From the NCBI GenBank assembly GCA_964199315.1, contig OZ116698.1, forward strand, positions 15,066,001 to 15,130,000: 64,000 bases of DNA, given 5' to 3'. A program made the position numbers and the translations under genes. The DNA is from Orbicella franksi. Taxonomy: Eukaryota. Positions 12,616 to 24,200 of this stretch are shown here, piece after piece (within the stretch, counting starts at the first letter, position 1; the number at the start of each line of letters is the position of its first letter). The notes below the pieces were generated by a model. That model made no database searches. It was not told where the DNA came from and saw only the letters and a program-made list of their open reading frames with translations.

Positions 12616-14784
12616 AACTCTACATATTCCAAAAAATTAAATCAATGAGTGGCTTTTTCAACTGGAAACCTTCCCAAATCTATTGATTGGCGCGCGCAGG
12701 GCAGGGGATTTGCCACCGGCCACCTCCATAGCTGGTAATATGGTCACGTTACAACTTGTGTGACATTGTGACGAAGGCTGGTGCAGCTTTCGTTGTATGG
12801 CGGATACCGAAGGTCATTATATGCGCTGGTACTAAAATACAAGCATCAAGCATGAAACAGAAGTAAAGCCCATTCATCGCAAAACATAGTTCCATTTAAG
12901 CCTGTCGTGTTCATTCAGATTCATTTGACGAATGCACTTCCCAGCGATCAACCGGCAAGTGTTCATTGTTGTTCTCAAGTTCAAATTCGGGCACATAGCC
13001 CTCAAGTTCCCGGTAGTCAAGGCTAGTTGTAGTACAGGATTCAGTTGCCATTAAACGGTAAATAGAAACTTACGACTTTCGTTTTCTCCTGGTGTTAGTT
13101 CTGCGGACCTTATCAGGACGACGGCTACGGTTGATTTGTGTACACCGCCATTATTTACTTTTGGAGTCTCGTAAGTCTTGAGAATTCACCAACTTTAACG
13201 CAACCTTCACCTCAAAACTACATCTGCAGTGTATACAAGTATTAAAGGAAGCTATTTGCTTCTACTCAGAAGGTCAACAAACGAACCTGAACGGCAGAAG
13301 AAGTATTTTCACCGAGTCCATGGGTTATGTAAATGAGCTTTGACATGAGCGATAGTTCCGTGTAAATACACTGACTGTGGCAGAATTTAATCTGTTCTCG
13401 CGTGCAATCCAAGGAGATACCCACCGGTTTGAACTAATAGAACGGTTTATTAACATAAGAAATTTACTGTGATGTGATTTTCAGCCTTAGACCCAACTTT
13501 TGAGATTTTCTCCCTCAAATCTTGCGAAATTTTAGTAGGTGATCAAAGGCCTCAGAGTGGGGTGTCTTCCAGCCCCGCTGGTAAGGTTAGAATGTTCCGA
13601 AAAGTTTCCATATTTTGTCAGACAAAGAAATGAAGGTACCTTAGAATTTGCATGAAAACGAAATTCCGTGAGCTGCATTTTAGGGGACGTAGCACGCTTC
13701 ACAAAATCGGTGAATTTTACCTTTCCGATCACGGTCGGCAACCTTAGCGCGGCCAAAATTCAATTTTGGCTCATAGCAAAGCAAAAATAAGGAACTGGAA
13801 AATAATAAATTGCTTTCTTATATATATGTACCAAACCCTTTTCACTGACAAAAAGTGAAGGAAATTATTTTCGGTCCCGAAGTTTAATGGACCACTTAAA
13901 GCGGATTAGAGCAGTTGAACCAGTTGAGTGGCATTTAGCCTTTGCAGAAGAGGGAACAAAGTTAATCCCCATCACGTTAGCCTTTTACAGTGAACATAAA
14001 ACTTACCTGGCTGATCTTGGTATCATTGCTTCCATTCGTGTGGCTTCAGAGTAAGTATACATCGCTCCCAAGACGAGAAACAAAACACACACAATTCCCA
14101 TTTGGTTACAGATCAATCAAGTTGACTTAAATTATGTTAACACGTTTTCGTATCACAGAAAACTATATTCGCTACAGGTATTCAGTGGAATAACACTTAA
14201 GCAAGCAAATCAATTGTGCGTTAAATTGTTAACGACTGGCATTGTCCAGGCACTTTCTACATTACTTTTACTGATGTCATCTTCAATACTCGCTGACTGG
14301 TGGTAACAATGGTTATTAGTGACACTCTTAACAACTATTACTGTAGGGCACGAGTTCACATTTTGAAACAAAAGATATGTCAAAACTACCATTAGTCTGT
14401 GATGAACTGAAATTTTACAAATTTAAGTTTAAGGTCGAGGCGCATTCTTCCAAATTCGCTATGCTGTGAATTTAAACAGGGAATGCAAGGAGTTGGCTTA
14501 ACGGAATGAGGTTTTTTTCTACGATGCTTACAGGCCCTCCAGCCCTCTCCTTTTCTCTAATCTCCCAGACCTCGCTCGTAGCCCGCCCGTTTTTTCGATC
14601 GTCCCCACTGACCGAGAGCGTAGAACAGCCTACACGGTGGTGCACGCGCCTTAAATATTACAGATTAATAAAAAAAAGACGACCGCTAATGGATGATCGG
14701 TTTTTCACACAGGAACTGTTGCCAACACGCTCATAGTACAACTTTCGTTTTAAGAAACGTTTAATCGCTCAAAAATTAAAAAGA

Positions 14785-15790
14785 AGGAAAGGAGGCGTTA
14801 CTAGTAAACACGCCCCTTCTTATCAGAAAAGTATCGTTGTTGTTCGGAGAAATTGCATTCTAATCTTTATTTTGAGTTGTCCTGTATGTTTTAATTACTT
14901 CAATTTGATTTTTTTCAGTGAAACTAATGATCTTTGTGATTCTAATATCGCTTTTCTTATTTGATTTTGGTCAGCTTCGTTTGCAACGACTTTGGGATTT
15001 TGAAATGAAAAAGATTTTTACAAGGTTATTTGATCGAAGAAAATTATGGAAATCAAGTGCTTCGCTTGCGTATTTTCCTACGCGCACTAGTCCTTAACTA
15101 AGACTTAATGCCAAGATCGTGTTAGTTTGACAGTTAACCGATAACCCAAAACTGGTCGCTATAAAATAGGGAGTGCAAGATCTACAAATTAGAAGAGAGA
15201 ACACATGAGAAAACTTCAGAATTGTAAATGTGAGTTGTTGATACCAGCCCGGAAAAGACTTAAAGCGGATTAGAGCAGCTGAACCAGTTGAGTGACATTT
15301 AGCCTGTCCAGAAGATAATCCCCACCACGTTCGGCCTTATACAGTAAACATAAAACTTACCTTGATGATCTTGGTATCATTGCTTCCATTCGTGTGGCTT
15401 CAGAGTAAGTACAGATCGCTCCAAAGACGAGAAACAAAACCCACACCATTCCCATTTGGTTACAGATTAATCAAGTTGACAAAACTTTAATTATGTTAAC
15501 ACGTTTTCGTATCACAGAAAACTATATCGGCTACAAGTATCCAATGGAATAACACTTAATCATAAGCAAATCAAGTCTGCGTTCAATTATTAAAGACTTC
15601 CATTGTTCAGGCACTTTCTACATTACTTTTACTGATATCATCTTCAATACTCGCTGACTGGTGGTGACAATAGACACTCTTAACAAGTATCCTGTAGGGC
15701 ACGAGTTAACTTTTTTAACCAGCAGACAGGTCAAAACTACCATTAGTCGGTGATGACCTTAAATTTCAGAAATTACAGAATTCCCTGTGG
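14785..15790 (+). repeat. Tandem segmental duplicate of 9760-10265 joined to 13896-14420 (uninterrupted copy)
   Basis: Near-identical runs such as TTTTTACAAGGTTATTTGATCGAAGAAAATTATGGAAAT, GCCAAGATCGTGTTAGTTTGACAGTTAACCGATA, GATCTTGGTATCATTGCTTCCATTCGTGTGGCTTCAGAGTAAGTA. Confidence 0.85.
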
Positions 15791-16512
15791 CGGTTTATTT
15801 ACTTTTTTCTTCTTCAAGTTCATAATCAAGCAAACTTTTCACTTGCCCGGGGAATACCGCCGACTATACAACGACTTTCCTCTTGCTTATGATTGGCTGT
15901 ATTTTCTATGGCATGGTATAAATACATATATTCACGTAGATGCAAACAGTTTTAAAATACATGTTTTAAATGTCCTCTATCCATCGTCGGTTGGGATAAC
16001 AGAAATTGTGAAACAATCTCACAAAGCGCAGAGTCCAATGGATCGCTCTGACCCTGTACTCACAACACAGGAGTTGGTCCCTTGCAGTTCACATCCGCTT
16101 TGTATTGACCTTGGTAGTCAGCTAGGGCCTTGCCCTTTAATTGTAGAACATTGTCAGACGGAAACCTTAATAAGACATAATCTTGCCACTGTGTACGTTT
16201 CATGTGTGTATTTTCATTCGTGGCCCAAAAATAACTTTCAATTACTGCTTGTCAAGACAGCTTTTGAATTATACGGTGGTGTTTAAATTCAATATAAATA
16301 CGTCGAAGTAGCAAATGTGACAATTTTGAGGGTCGTTCAGAGGTATCTCCTGATGCGTGACTAGCTGATTTTATTTTCCGTAAAACGTGAATTTAAGAAA
16401 TTATTCTTCGTGATCCGTGACTTGAAAGTTGCGCCTGACCCTTGAAGAACTTGAATTATTCGTGATTTCACCACTCCACATAGTGGTGAAATATTATACG
16501 TTATTTTGAGAA

Positions 16513-16997
16513 GGATGTTACCAAAACTGAGAACGAGGAACGGTGAACGGGGAACTGGGATCTGGAGTCTGGGAACGAGTGTACAGCAGTAGCCCGCCTG
16601 AGAATTCAGAATTGCGGACAAAGCAAAAGAGAAGGGAACAATTTGGTGAACTGTGAAAAAGTGTTACGGTTGTAAACGTGAGTTTCTACCGGCTGTGCCC
16701 CCAAATGACCAGCAAGTTCTTGTTAGAGCAGAGTCCCATTGGAACGGGGATAAACAAAGCATGAATGGCCTGGGGAGAAAATCGAATTGGTATTATCACA
16801 GTCTTTTCATATCTTCTCACTTTGTGGGCGAGCTGTCATGTCAATATTTAAAAATAGCAACACGCAGTAGGATATCGAGGACAAGTGACATAACTTTTGC
16901 TTTGTCCGCCATTCTGAATTCTCAGGCGGGTTACCGCTGTGCACTCGTTCTAAAAACTCCCGTTCCCGGTTCCCCGTTACTAGTTTTAGTAACATCC
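16513..16997. mobile_element. MITE with GGATGTTAC termini carrying a short coding-like fragment
   Basis: ~110-bp inverted arms (GGATGTTACCAAAACT...CCGCCTGAGAATTCAGAAT.GCGGACAAAGCAAAAG). No clear TSD. Confidence 0.7.
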
Positions 16998-17379
16998 GTT
17001 TATTTTTTAGTCTTTATTTTTTCCACCGCTGCAGATAAGCGGAAGAAAGTTATATACCTGATAAAGAAATGGAAGAGGACCGATTCCCTGCTATTCAAAA
17101 CGCAAATTTTCAATTTTGCTTAATTCAAAACGCAAATTTAGAATGATAATTCTTTTTGATAGTTTAATTCCTGGTCACAACCGATACTCTGTAACCTAAG
17201 AATGTAGACTAGAATATTTTCAGCTGATAGTCGGCAAAAATAACAATATCCAGGCTGGGTACGAAAACTATTGATTCTCATATACATTGAAGTATGTGAG
17301 TGAATGTTTAGAAGTATACTTTGATGACAAGTATGAACTATGGCTTCATTTAAACAGTGTCAGTCCATAACTAAGCTGA

Positions 17380-18890
17380 CTATTTTGACTGAAGAACCAG
17401 TGCTTTGTAATCTTCACGAGACCAAACCTTCTGTAACGCGTTAGCTGGCTTATATCCTTTTATATTCCTCATACCTGCAGGACCTAGTACCATTCCACTT
17501 AAAAGTACTTCAAAACCTGTCCTACCGTACCCTCAGTTTCTATTTTCATTTTGTATTTTCCGGATGTTATCCTCGTCCTAAGAAAGTAAATACGCGTCTG
17601 CAAGAGGATTCTTCTATAGTTCTCTCCCGTTATGGTCAAAGTGGTGCTTTCGTCTTCATCAAGCGAAATTTTGATCTGTCCATTTTGAAGATGACGAAGC
17701 ACTAAACCAACTGACCAGTTATCCGTTTTCCTCGCCATTTTAGGGGCGGTGAATGAAAATTCAATGAAACTTCCTTCTTTCCTTGATGGCCAACCACCAA
17801 ATGAATCACTTCTGTCTGCGTCAGTTCGGGTCATCTTTGCACACCTGCTCTGAGGAGTAATTTCGTGAAAACCATTTCTCATTAGGATCTTGACTTCGAG
17901 TGATTGTCTTTCGTCTGGCATTCTCCAGTTCGTCGATATGAGTGACCAGCAAAGCGATTTTGAAATTAACGTTTGGTTAGAAAATTGAACAAATAGAGGC
18001 TGTATTTTTTCAATGGACTCAACTGTCTTCATTACACTCTTCCATGGATGACAGATCACTCGTTTCAGCTTTTTCTGTAAATAACGAGTGAACATCAATG
18101 CAATTTGTGCATTATTCTTGACACCAATATGAATATGATGCGCGTCTATCCTGCTTGGCTTGATCTCGATACGCCGCTTTGGTTTTATCGTATCCATTGG
18201 ACAAACAACATCTCGCCAGCTCAACACCGTTATGTTATAGTATCTGGCAATCTCGTGCTGTCCAATATCTTCAAGATTGTAGCATCTTGGATTTAAAATA
18301 TTCTTCCACGTAACTTTTTCGATCAAGTCGACCAACGTTACATACACAACTAATGGCTCTGACAAGAACGACATTACTCGTCGGGTTAATTGTTCCATCG
18401 ATTGAGCGGCCTCACCGCAGAGGTACCCGTAATCATTGACTGACAGCTCGATTAGCACTATGTCGGGTTCTCTAGTCTTTGTTAGATAGTTTTTTAAACA
18501 TAGGCTGAAGAAGTCGGTTCCAGTTCCCCGAGGGACAAATTTTTAATGGCAAGTTTGGAACCAGTGTACGGTAAAATCAGATAATTCCACCAATGAAGGA
18601 AGAGCTGGTAATAAAGTTGTCTATGATCTGAGATTCCTCCTCCAGCCGAGTTCGATCCTCCAACGACAATTATTGCGATATTCTCTCCTCTCAGCACTTA
18701 ATGAAAAACTTCCAGACGCGAAATGTGTTTTGGCCATAATTATAGCTGGCCCTGTCACTAGTCTCTTCAGTGACACTCAGTTGCTCAAGATTACGATTAA
18801 CTAGTCTCTGCTGCCAAAGGTTAAAAGGATCTTTGTCGAGCCATAACGGGATGCCAGCGAACGTTGCGTTGGATAGAAGTACATGTGCTA
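17380..18890 (-). pseudogene. SGNH hydrolase copy 3 (diverged paralog), split by three 1-bp deletions; either a pseudogene or an assembly artefact
   Basis: ORFs 18691-18915 (KDPFNLWQQRLVNRN), 18494-18697 (VVGGSNSAGGG), 17499-18458 (IELSVND, DAHH) and the tail SGMVLGPAG..KVWSREDY..* (stop 17380-82) join if one base is restored near 18697, 18525 and 17505. No nonsense codons otherwise. Confidence 0.8.
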
Positions 18891-19012
18891 AAAACATCCA
18901 CATTTGTTGGCGCATTTCACATGTAGGTAATTAATTCTACACCATGTTTCTTGAAACATGAATGAAATCTCGGAAACACTAATGGCACCTTTTAGGGTAG
19001 TTAATGCCCTGA

Positions 19013-19337
19013 AGGGGTGGCGAATGGTAAATGCGAGACTTTGCGAGACGACAAGATAAGCGTTTTTCTTTGCGAGCCCGAGACATTTTGATTTCTTCAA
19101 TTGCGAGGCCGAGACTTAAAAGTATTTTAAATGCCAACTCAAGACGTTCAGGTTCTAAGATGTTGTGATGTCATTTAACTTTATAAAAAAAATAAAAAAA
19201 TCGTTACTTAACGACTTTCGTAAAAATAGACACTGCGAGACAGCCTTGTGAGAAAAATTTAGACTGCGAGACGCACATAACCGCTAGAAAACGAGACTGC
19301 GAGACCATGGGTTTTTAAAGGACCATTCGCCACCCCT
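19013..19337. mobile_element. MITE with AGGGGTGGCGAATGGT inverted ends and internal GCGAGAC repeats
   Basis: Perfect 16-bp TIR (19013-19028 and 19322-19337). TSD not resolved. Confidence 0.65.
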
Positions 19338-19721
19338 CCCCGAGGTGCATTAACAGGTGTCACCGTCACCGAGAATCGATCATGCGTTTCACATCACCTG
19401 ATTATTTGTAATGCTCTCTGTTAGGACTGAGAAGTTTCTTCCAGAAGCCCAAACAGAACTGAATCAGTAGTTCGCCTGTAATTTCGAAGGCCACAGAAAA
19501 AAAAATTCAGACTTGTTACCAGACGACAACTACGAGACTGAAAAGAAATGCCTTCTCAACAACGGTACCAAGATCATTCGATTCTGTTTATAACGACCGT
19601 TTATTCAAGCAAATAGATCAGACGGATGGGGTCATCATTATCTCCAGTACTCGCTTAAATCTTTATGTCAAAACTAGAAGTAAATGAAGTCCTCCCTTAT
19701 CGACCCAATTTTTCTATCTCC

Positions 19722-20289
19722 TAAGCGTAACTGCCGCTTTTACGCCCCTCTGGTTATAGGCCCATCTTCCTGTAAACCAAATAATACATCCGGTTATAAG
19801 ACCACAGGATATAAGCCCCCCTCTAGCTTTCCTTCTTGTGGATTCGTTTTATTATGATGCTTTAAAGCTTAATTACCAGTAAATAAAAAGCCTATTTCGA
19901 TCAACACGTGCAGCCGAAGCTCGTTTCGAAAAGGTTTTTTATTCCGGTTATAAGACCCTCGGACATAAGCCCCTCCGTTTAGAAGCCTATCTAAAAGCCC
20001 TTAGGAAGTCAGTGTATTAGCCCACCAGGAGCCCGTCTCTCGAAAGACCCGGGAGCTTTTCGGGCCCGCAAAGCCATTTTCAGTTAATCGGTATTTAAAG
20101 AAAGAGAGAGGTAGATGCTGAAACGTCTTGTATAAAGAGAACCTTTGTCTATATTAAGAATGTGTGCATAGATCAACTCTGAAGTCATAAGGTTTGAGAT
20201 TTTGCTACGGCTTTTCGGATGCGAAAACGCTTCGGGACCTTCAAGAAACGGGCCCCAGGGCTTACATGTATAAGCGGCAGTTAACGGTA
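19722..20289. mobile_element. Tc1/mariner (pogo-like) MITE with a nested CAG-flanked Harbinger-like MITE at 20029-20255
   Basis: Outer ends GCGTAACTGCCGCTT / AAGCGGCAGTTAACGGTA with ATAAGCCC repeats. Inner GAGCCCGTCTCTCGAAAG...CTTCAAGAAACGGGCCC is flanked by CAG on both sides. Confidence 0.65.
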
Positions 20290-21103
20290 TTTCCGAAATA
20301 CCGTAAATTGTACTGACTGTAGCATTTGGATGCAATTTACGTTCTAATTCGCTTCGCTCAACCGAACGTAAATAATTTTACCCTTTAATTCTAGCAAATA
20401 CGTACTGAACTGAAACCATCACGACTCCGTTTGGGAAGGAAAAATAATTGAGTGACGACCACTGATGTGACTGTCAATTTTATTAATTGTTTTCTCTTCT
20501 TTATTGGAAAGCGTTCTACTCAAACATTAACAACAATTCATGGCTATAAAGAAGGATAATAACTGATATGTTTTTCGCCGCGGGCTTCAACACATGGACC
20601 TTAACATAGCATTTTGTATGCGTCAAACAGTTAAGCAAACAAAAAACAAAAAAAACATTGGTTTACTCAATGAGGGTGCTTGATTCGTTTGCATCTCTCT
20701 GTATTAATCTATTGACAACACTGTTACTAACACTAGCAATAAACCATCTAGCCTTACTTTAAGCGTGCATTAAGGTAGAGCAGTTTTCAACTGAGTGTGT
20801 CTTCAGTTCTGAATTACTTTCGACATTGAAATGAAAAGTGCTATAGATATTTAGTCACTGATTAATATCAATAATAACTTATACAAACAACTCATACTAA
20901 AACCTATTAAGCCAATAACAATTTCCAGAATTTGAAATGGTACTTTCATCCCTATGATAACATTTCGAAATGACTTTGGCACAAAAAACAAAAAACAAAA
21001 CAAATACAAAACAAAACACAAAAACAAGAGATAAGACAAGTTTGTTGATTGCTGCTTTCTGAGACAAGGCTCCGCCAGTTTCTTGGGCCTCGAGCACTGC
21101 TCC

Positions 21104-21271
21104 TCAAGCAGTAGCTGCGAGACGTTCTTGGTGAAGTCGTCACTTAATTGTAAGGCGGAGTTCCAGACAGCTTTCACGTGCTTCATTTGGATGCTGTCGG
21201 GAATGTTCTCGGTTCCTGGTATTTGCTCTAAACCTTTATCCGCCAAGCACAGTTCCAAGTACTCTACAAAA
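21104..21271 (-). CDS. RNF213: RNF213-like terminal exon 28 ([31 protein letters not shown])
   Basis: Acceptor ttctag|T in phase 2. As assembled it reads through to 20851; one extra A gives KKRLAATA* ending at 21104. Confidence 0.8.
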
Positions 21272-24200
21272 CTAGAAGGTAATTACATTAGACATTATTT
21301 TACATTCTGTTCAAAAACGTTGATAATTCAACGTACGAAACTAACGTAAGAAATTGTGAAGTGGTACTTCGCGCAACCGAGAAAGCAGAGAAAGGGTTTT
21401 GTTAAGAGATCACATGGAGTAAGAATTGAGCACGCTCTCTGCACTCCTCACGAGATCTTTCTGGTTAAGAACTGATTGCCTGACGTGTCTAGAGAGCATC
21501 TGCATGGAGGGGCATCTTGCATGCCCATCTTAAAAATCAAATATTTTGATTTACAGTAGTAACTAGTTTCCTATCAGTCCGTCAGTATATGGGTGTACAC
21601 TGGTACTACAAAACACTCAGTCGGCCTTCGACGTCTTCGTACCTCCAGCCAAAGATGCGCCGGAAAATTTGGAATCTCCGCCACTTTTGCAATTTCACGA
21701 TCTTTTCACAAGTAAAAAGTTGTTGTTAGCTTTAGTTGTTTTCAAAAGTAAATGTCAATCTTACCTCATCGTTGAAATATTTTCACCATCCTTTCTAACA
21801 TTCAGAAGAATAATTTCCAGGAGTTGTGGTAAAAATGATTCCATGTCGATTTTTCGCAATACGCGATTTAGGTGCGCCATGTCGCTTGAGCTCAGTCTTT
21901 CCTTGAAATCGTCAGGCATTTGCTCAAATGGTTCCTAAAGATATTTGGGAAAGGTAATGGTTTATAGTTTCTTTGTCTTGGTAACCCAAAGACACTTTTG
22001 TTTGCCTTTCTTAAAAAGAAAAATTATGAAATCTTCAAGTAGCCAAAAATCATAGCAAATCCCATACATCTGCTTGTTTTGATCAAGTTTTGCTTGGTCA
22101 TACGTTAAGAGCTCCATTTAGGCGTCCTATCGCCCTGTCTTTTACGCTCCCCTTAAAATAAATTCCCTAAACAGTATTTACTTTTACTTAAGCAAAACCA
22201 ATCAATCAATCAATCAATCAATCAAACTTTATTTAAAGAGGGTGACACTTAATAGTTAAAAACTAATGAACTTGTGGCCCTCTATAAACACTGTTACAAT
22301 GAAAAAAACCCTATTATAATTAATAACCTAATTAAGGATTTATTTAAAGCCTAATTAACAATCACAATGTACAACAGATCAAGATCTAAAAGGTAAAGGT
22401 GAAACATATTGCTCATAACATGAGATCTAAAAATAAATTACCTAAAAAAGGAGTAAAAATCTTATCCCTAAGCTGACTTAATTTAAAATGTTTATACAAA
22501 GCATTCTTCAAAGTACTCACAGATTGAGAAGTGCGTAGCTTAAGAGGGAGGTGATTCCAACATCTTGAAGTTATCGCAGAAAACGCCGGGCGGCCTCCCT
22601 TTTTTTCTCTAATGTATCTCCTAGGTAAACCCCGCCCCCTCTCTACTAAGATCACCAACCCACTCCTCCAGGACGGCAAGCCTTACTTATATACCCACGA
22701 CTTTCTCTTTCGTGGACACACATCCAAAAGGTCTCCTATATCAATTAATTATTACATGCGCCGACTGATTTATCGTTTCAAAAATAGCGCCCTTCTCTCT
22801 TCAAAAGGTGTTGAAAAGACGTCGGAGGACCCTTCCGAGACGGGGGCAGAGTTTGATAGACATTGTACAGTACTTTTATTAATTTCAATACATGCCGTCC
22901 AGCGCAAGAGTAAAGTTAGATGTTAACCTGATTGTCCCTTGGATACCTGAGTTAACGTATGACCAGATTTTCTTAAGGGAAAGACATAAGGCTGAGAAAA
23001 TGTGATACGGTCACTTGAGTCTAACCTGATTGTTCCTAGACTTGATTTTCGCTTTCTCTAGAGCCATGAGCCGCCATAACGCCAATGTGTGAGACAGGTA
23101 GCAGTGTTGCTCTGCCTAAAACAAAATAGCCACACATTAAAATGTTTAAAGCATGGATGGGATATTTAAGGGGATGGCAACTTGTTTGAACGACCACACT
23201 ACAGAGGAAAGGAACAAGACAACAGTTCACGACAGCGAAGACAACAAGGGCCACAATACAAGGACGAAATTAATACCGACCAAGGTAGCTCAATGAACTA
23301 CTTATTATAATGTCTCTTTTTCAAACTCTACTGAGAAATAAATGCGCCACAGCAATCTATTCGTGTACAAATGACTGATAATTAAGGAACGGCAAACGTG
23401 TCCCGTTTCTCTTGAGCAAAGTGATCTGATTCGGATTCAGCGGACTGCATTGTACTTACTGTTGGGCTCTTGAGTCCGCGTTCTTTGGGTAACTTAAGTA
23501 CTTCATGTAAGTACCATTTTAAAGGTCTCTCGGTCTGGCCACCTGACGAAGCAAGAAAACCAATGGCGATATCCAATGACGAAAGAACATCACAGACATC
23601 AGACAAGGAGGAGCGGAAATCGACGATAATCTGGCGTTCGACAAAGCGAGAAATGGGCTCCTGTAGAAAAACACATATATGTTATTGACCCAGCTTAAGG
23701 TCAGTTTTGGGAAAAACAGGGCCAGTTCTCTGTTTTTTTTTGCAAGTTTATGGGCCCAGCCGCATTCGAGGTCTAAAAAATGGCAGCAACAAAAAAAACC
23801 GAACCCGATATTCCCCAAGACGGACTGAACAAACTTAATAAAAAAAAATTAATAAAGTATTTATTAGAAGGCTGTTACGCGTAATCCAATATGAAGAAAA
23901 AAGGTGCCTACTTCACAAAATCGTTTCTATAGCGGAAAGTTATGAAAAAGGGATTTGTCAAAATTAATTCGTGAGCGGTCCAACTTAGCGGCCCGAATTG
24001 TTAAACTGAGCCTCTCAGGGAACAAATCAGAATTCTCCTTTTCATCTTAAACCAAATTATAAACAGCAGGAAACCACCTCAGTTACAGCACGAATCCTGG
24101 CGAAATATACCCGTCCATTCTACCGTCATTGGTATTACCAGTTCCTAAAACGTTAAGGATCAGGCATCACTCGTCCATCTTCTAGCATGAACAATGGTCA

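Larger units (their letters stand above)
10284..13897. mobile_element. TTAA-flanked, Kolobok-like non-autonomous DNA transposon (~3.6 kb) with nested insertions
   Basis: ~190-bp inverted repeats at 10284-10470 and 13680-13897. TTAA at 10280-83 and 13896-99. The paralogous empty site GACTTAAAGCGGATTAGAGC is at 15257-15276. Confidence 0.7.

Noticed and set aside
12860-13440. Possible Kolobok accessory-protein remnant inside the TTAA element
   Set aside because: Only a few residues of resemblance and stops in all frames
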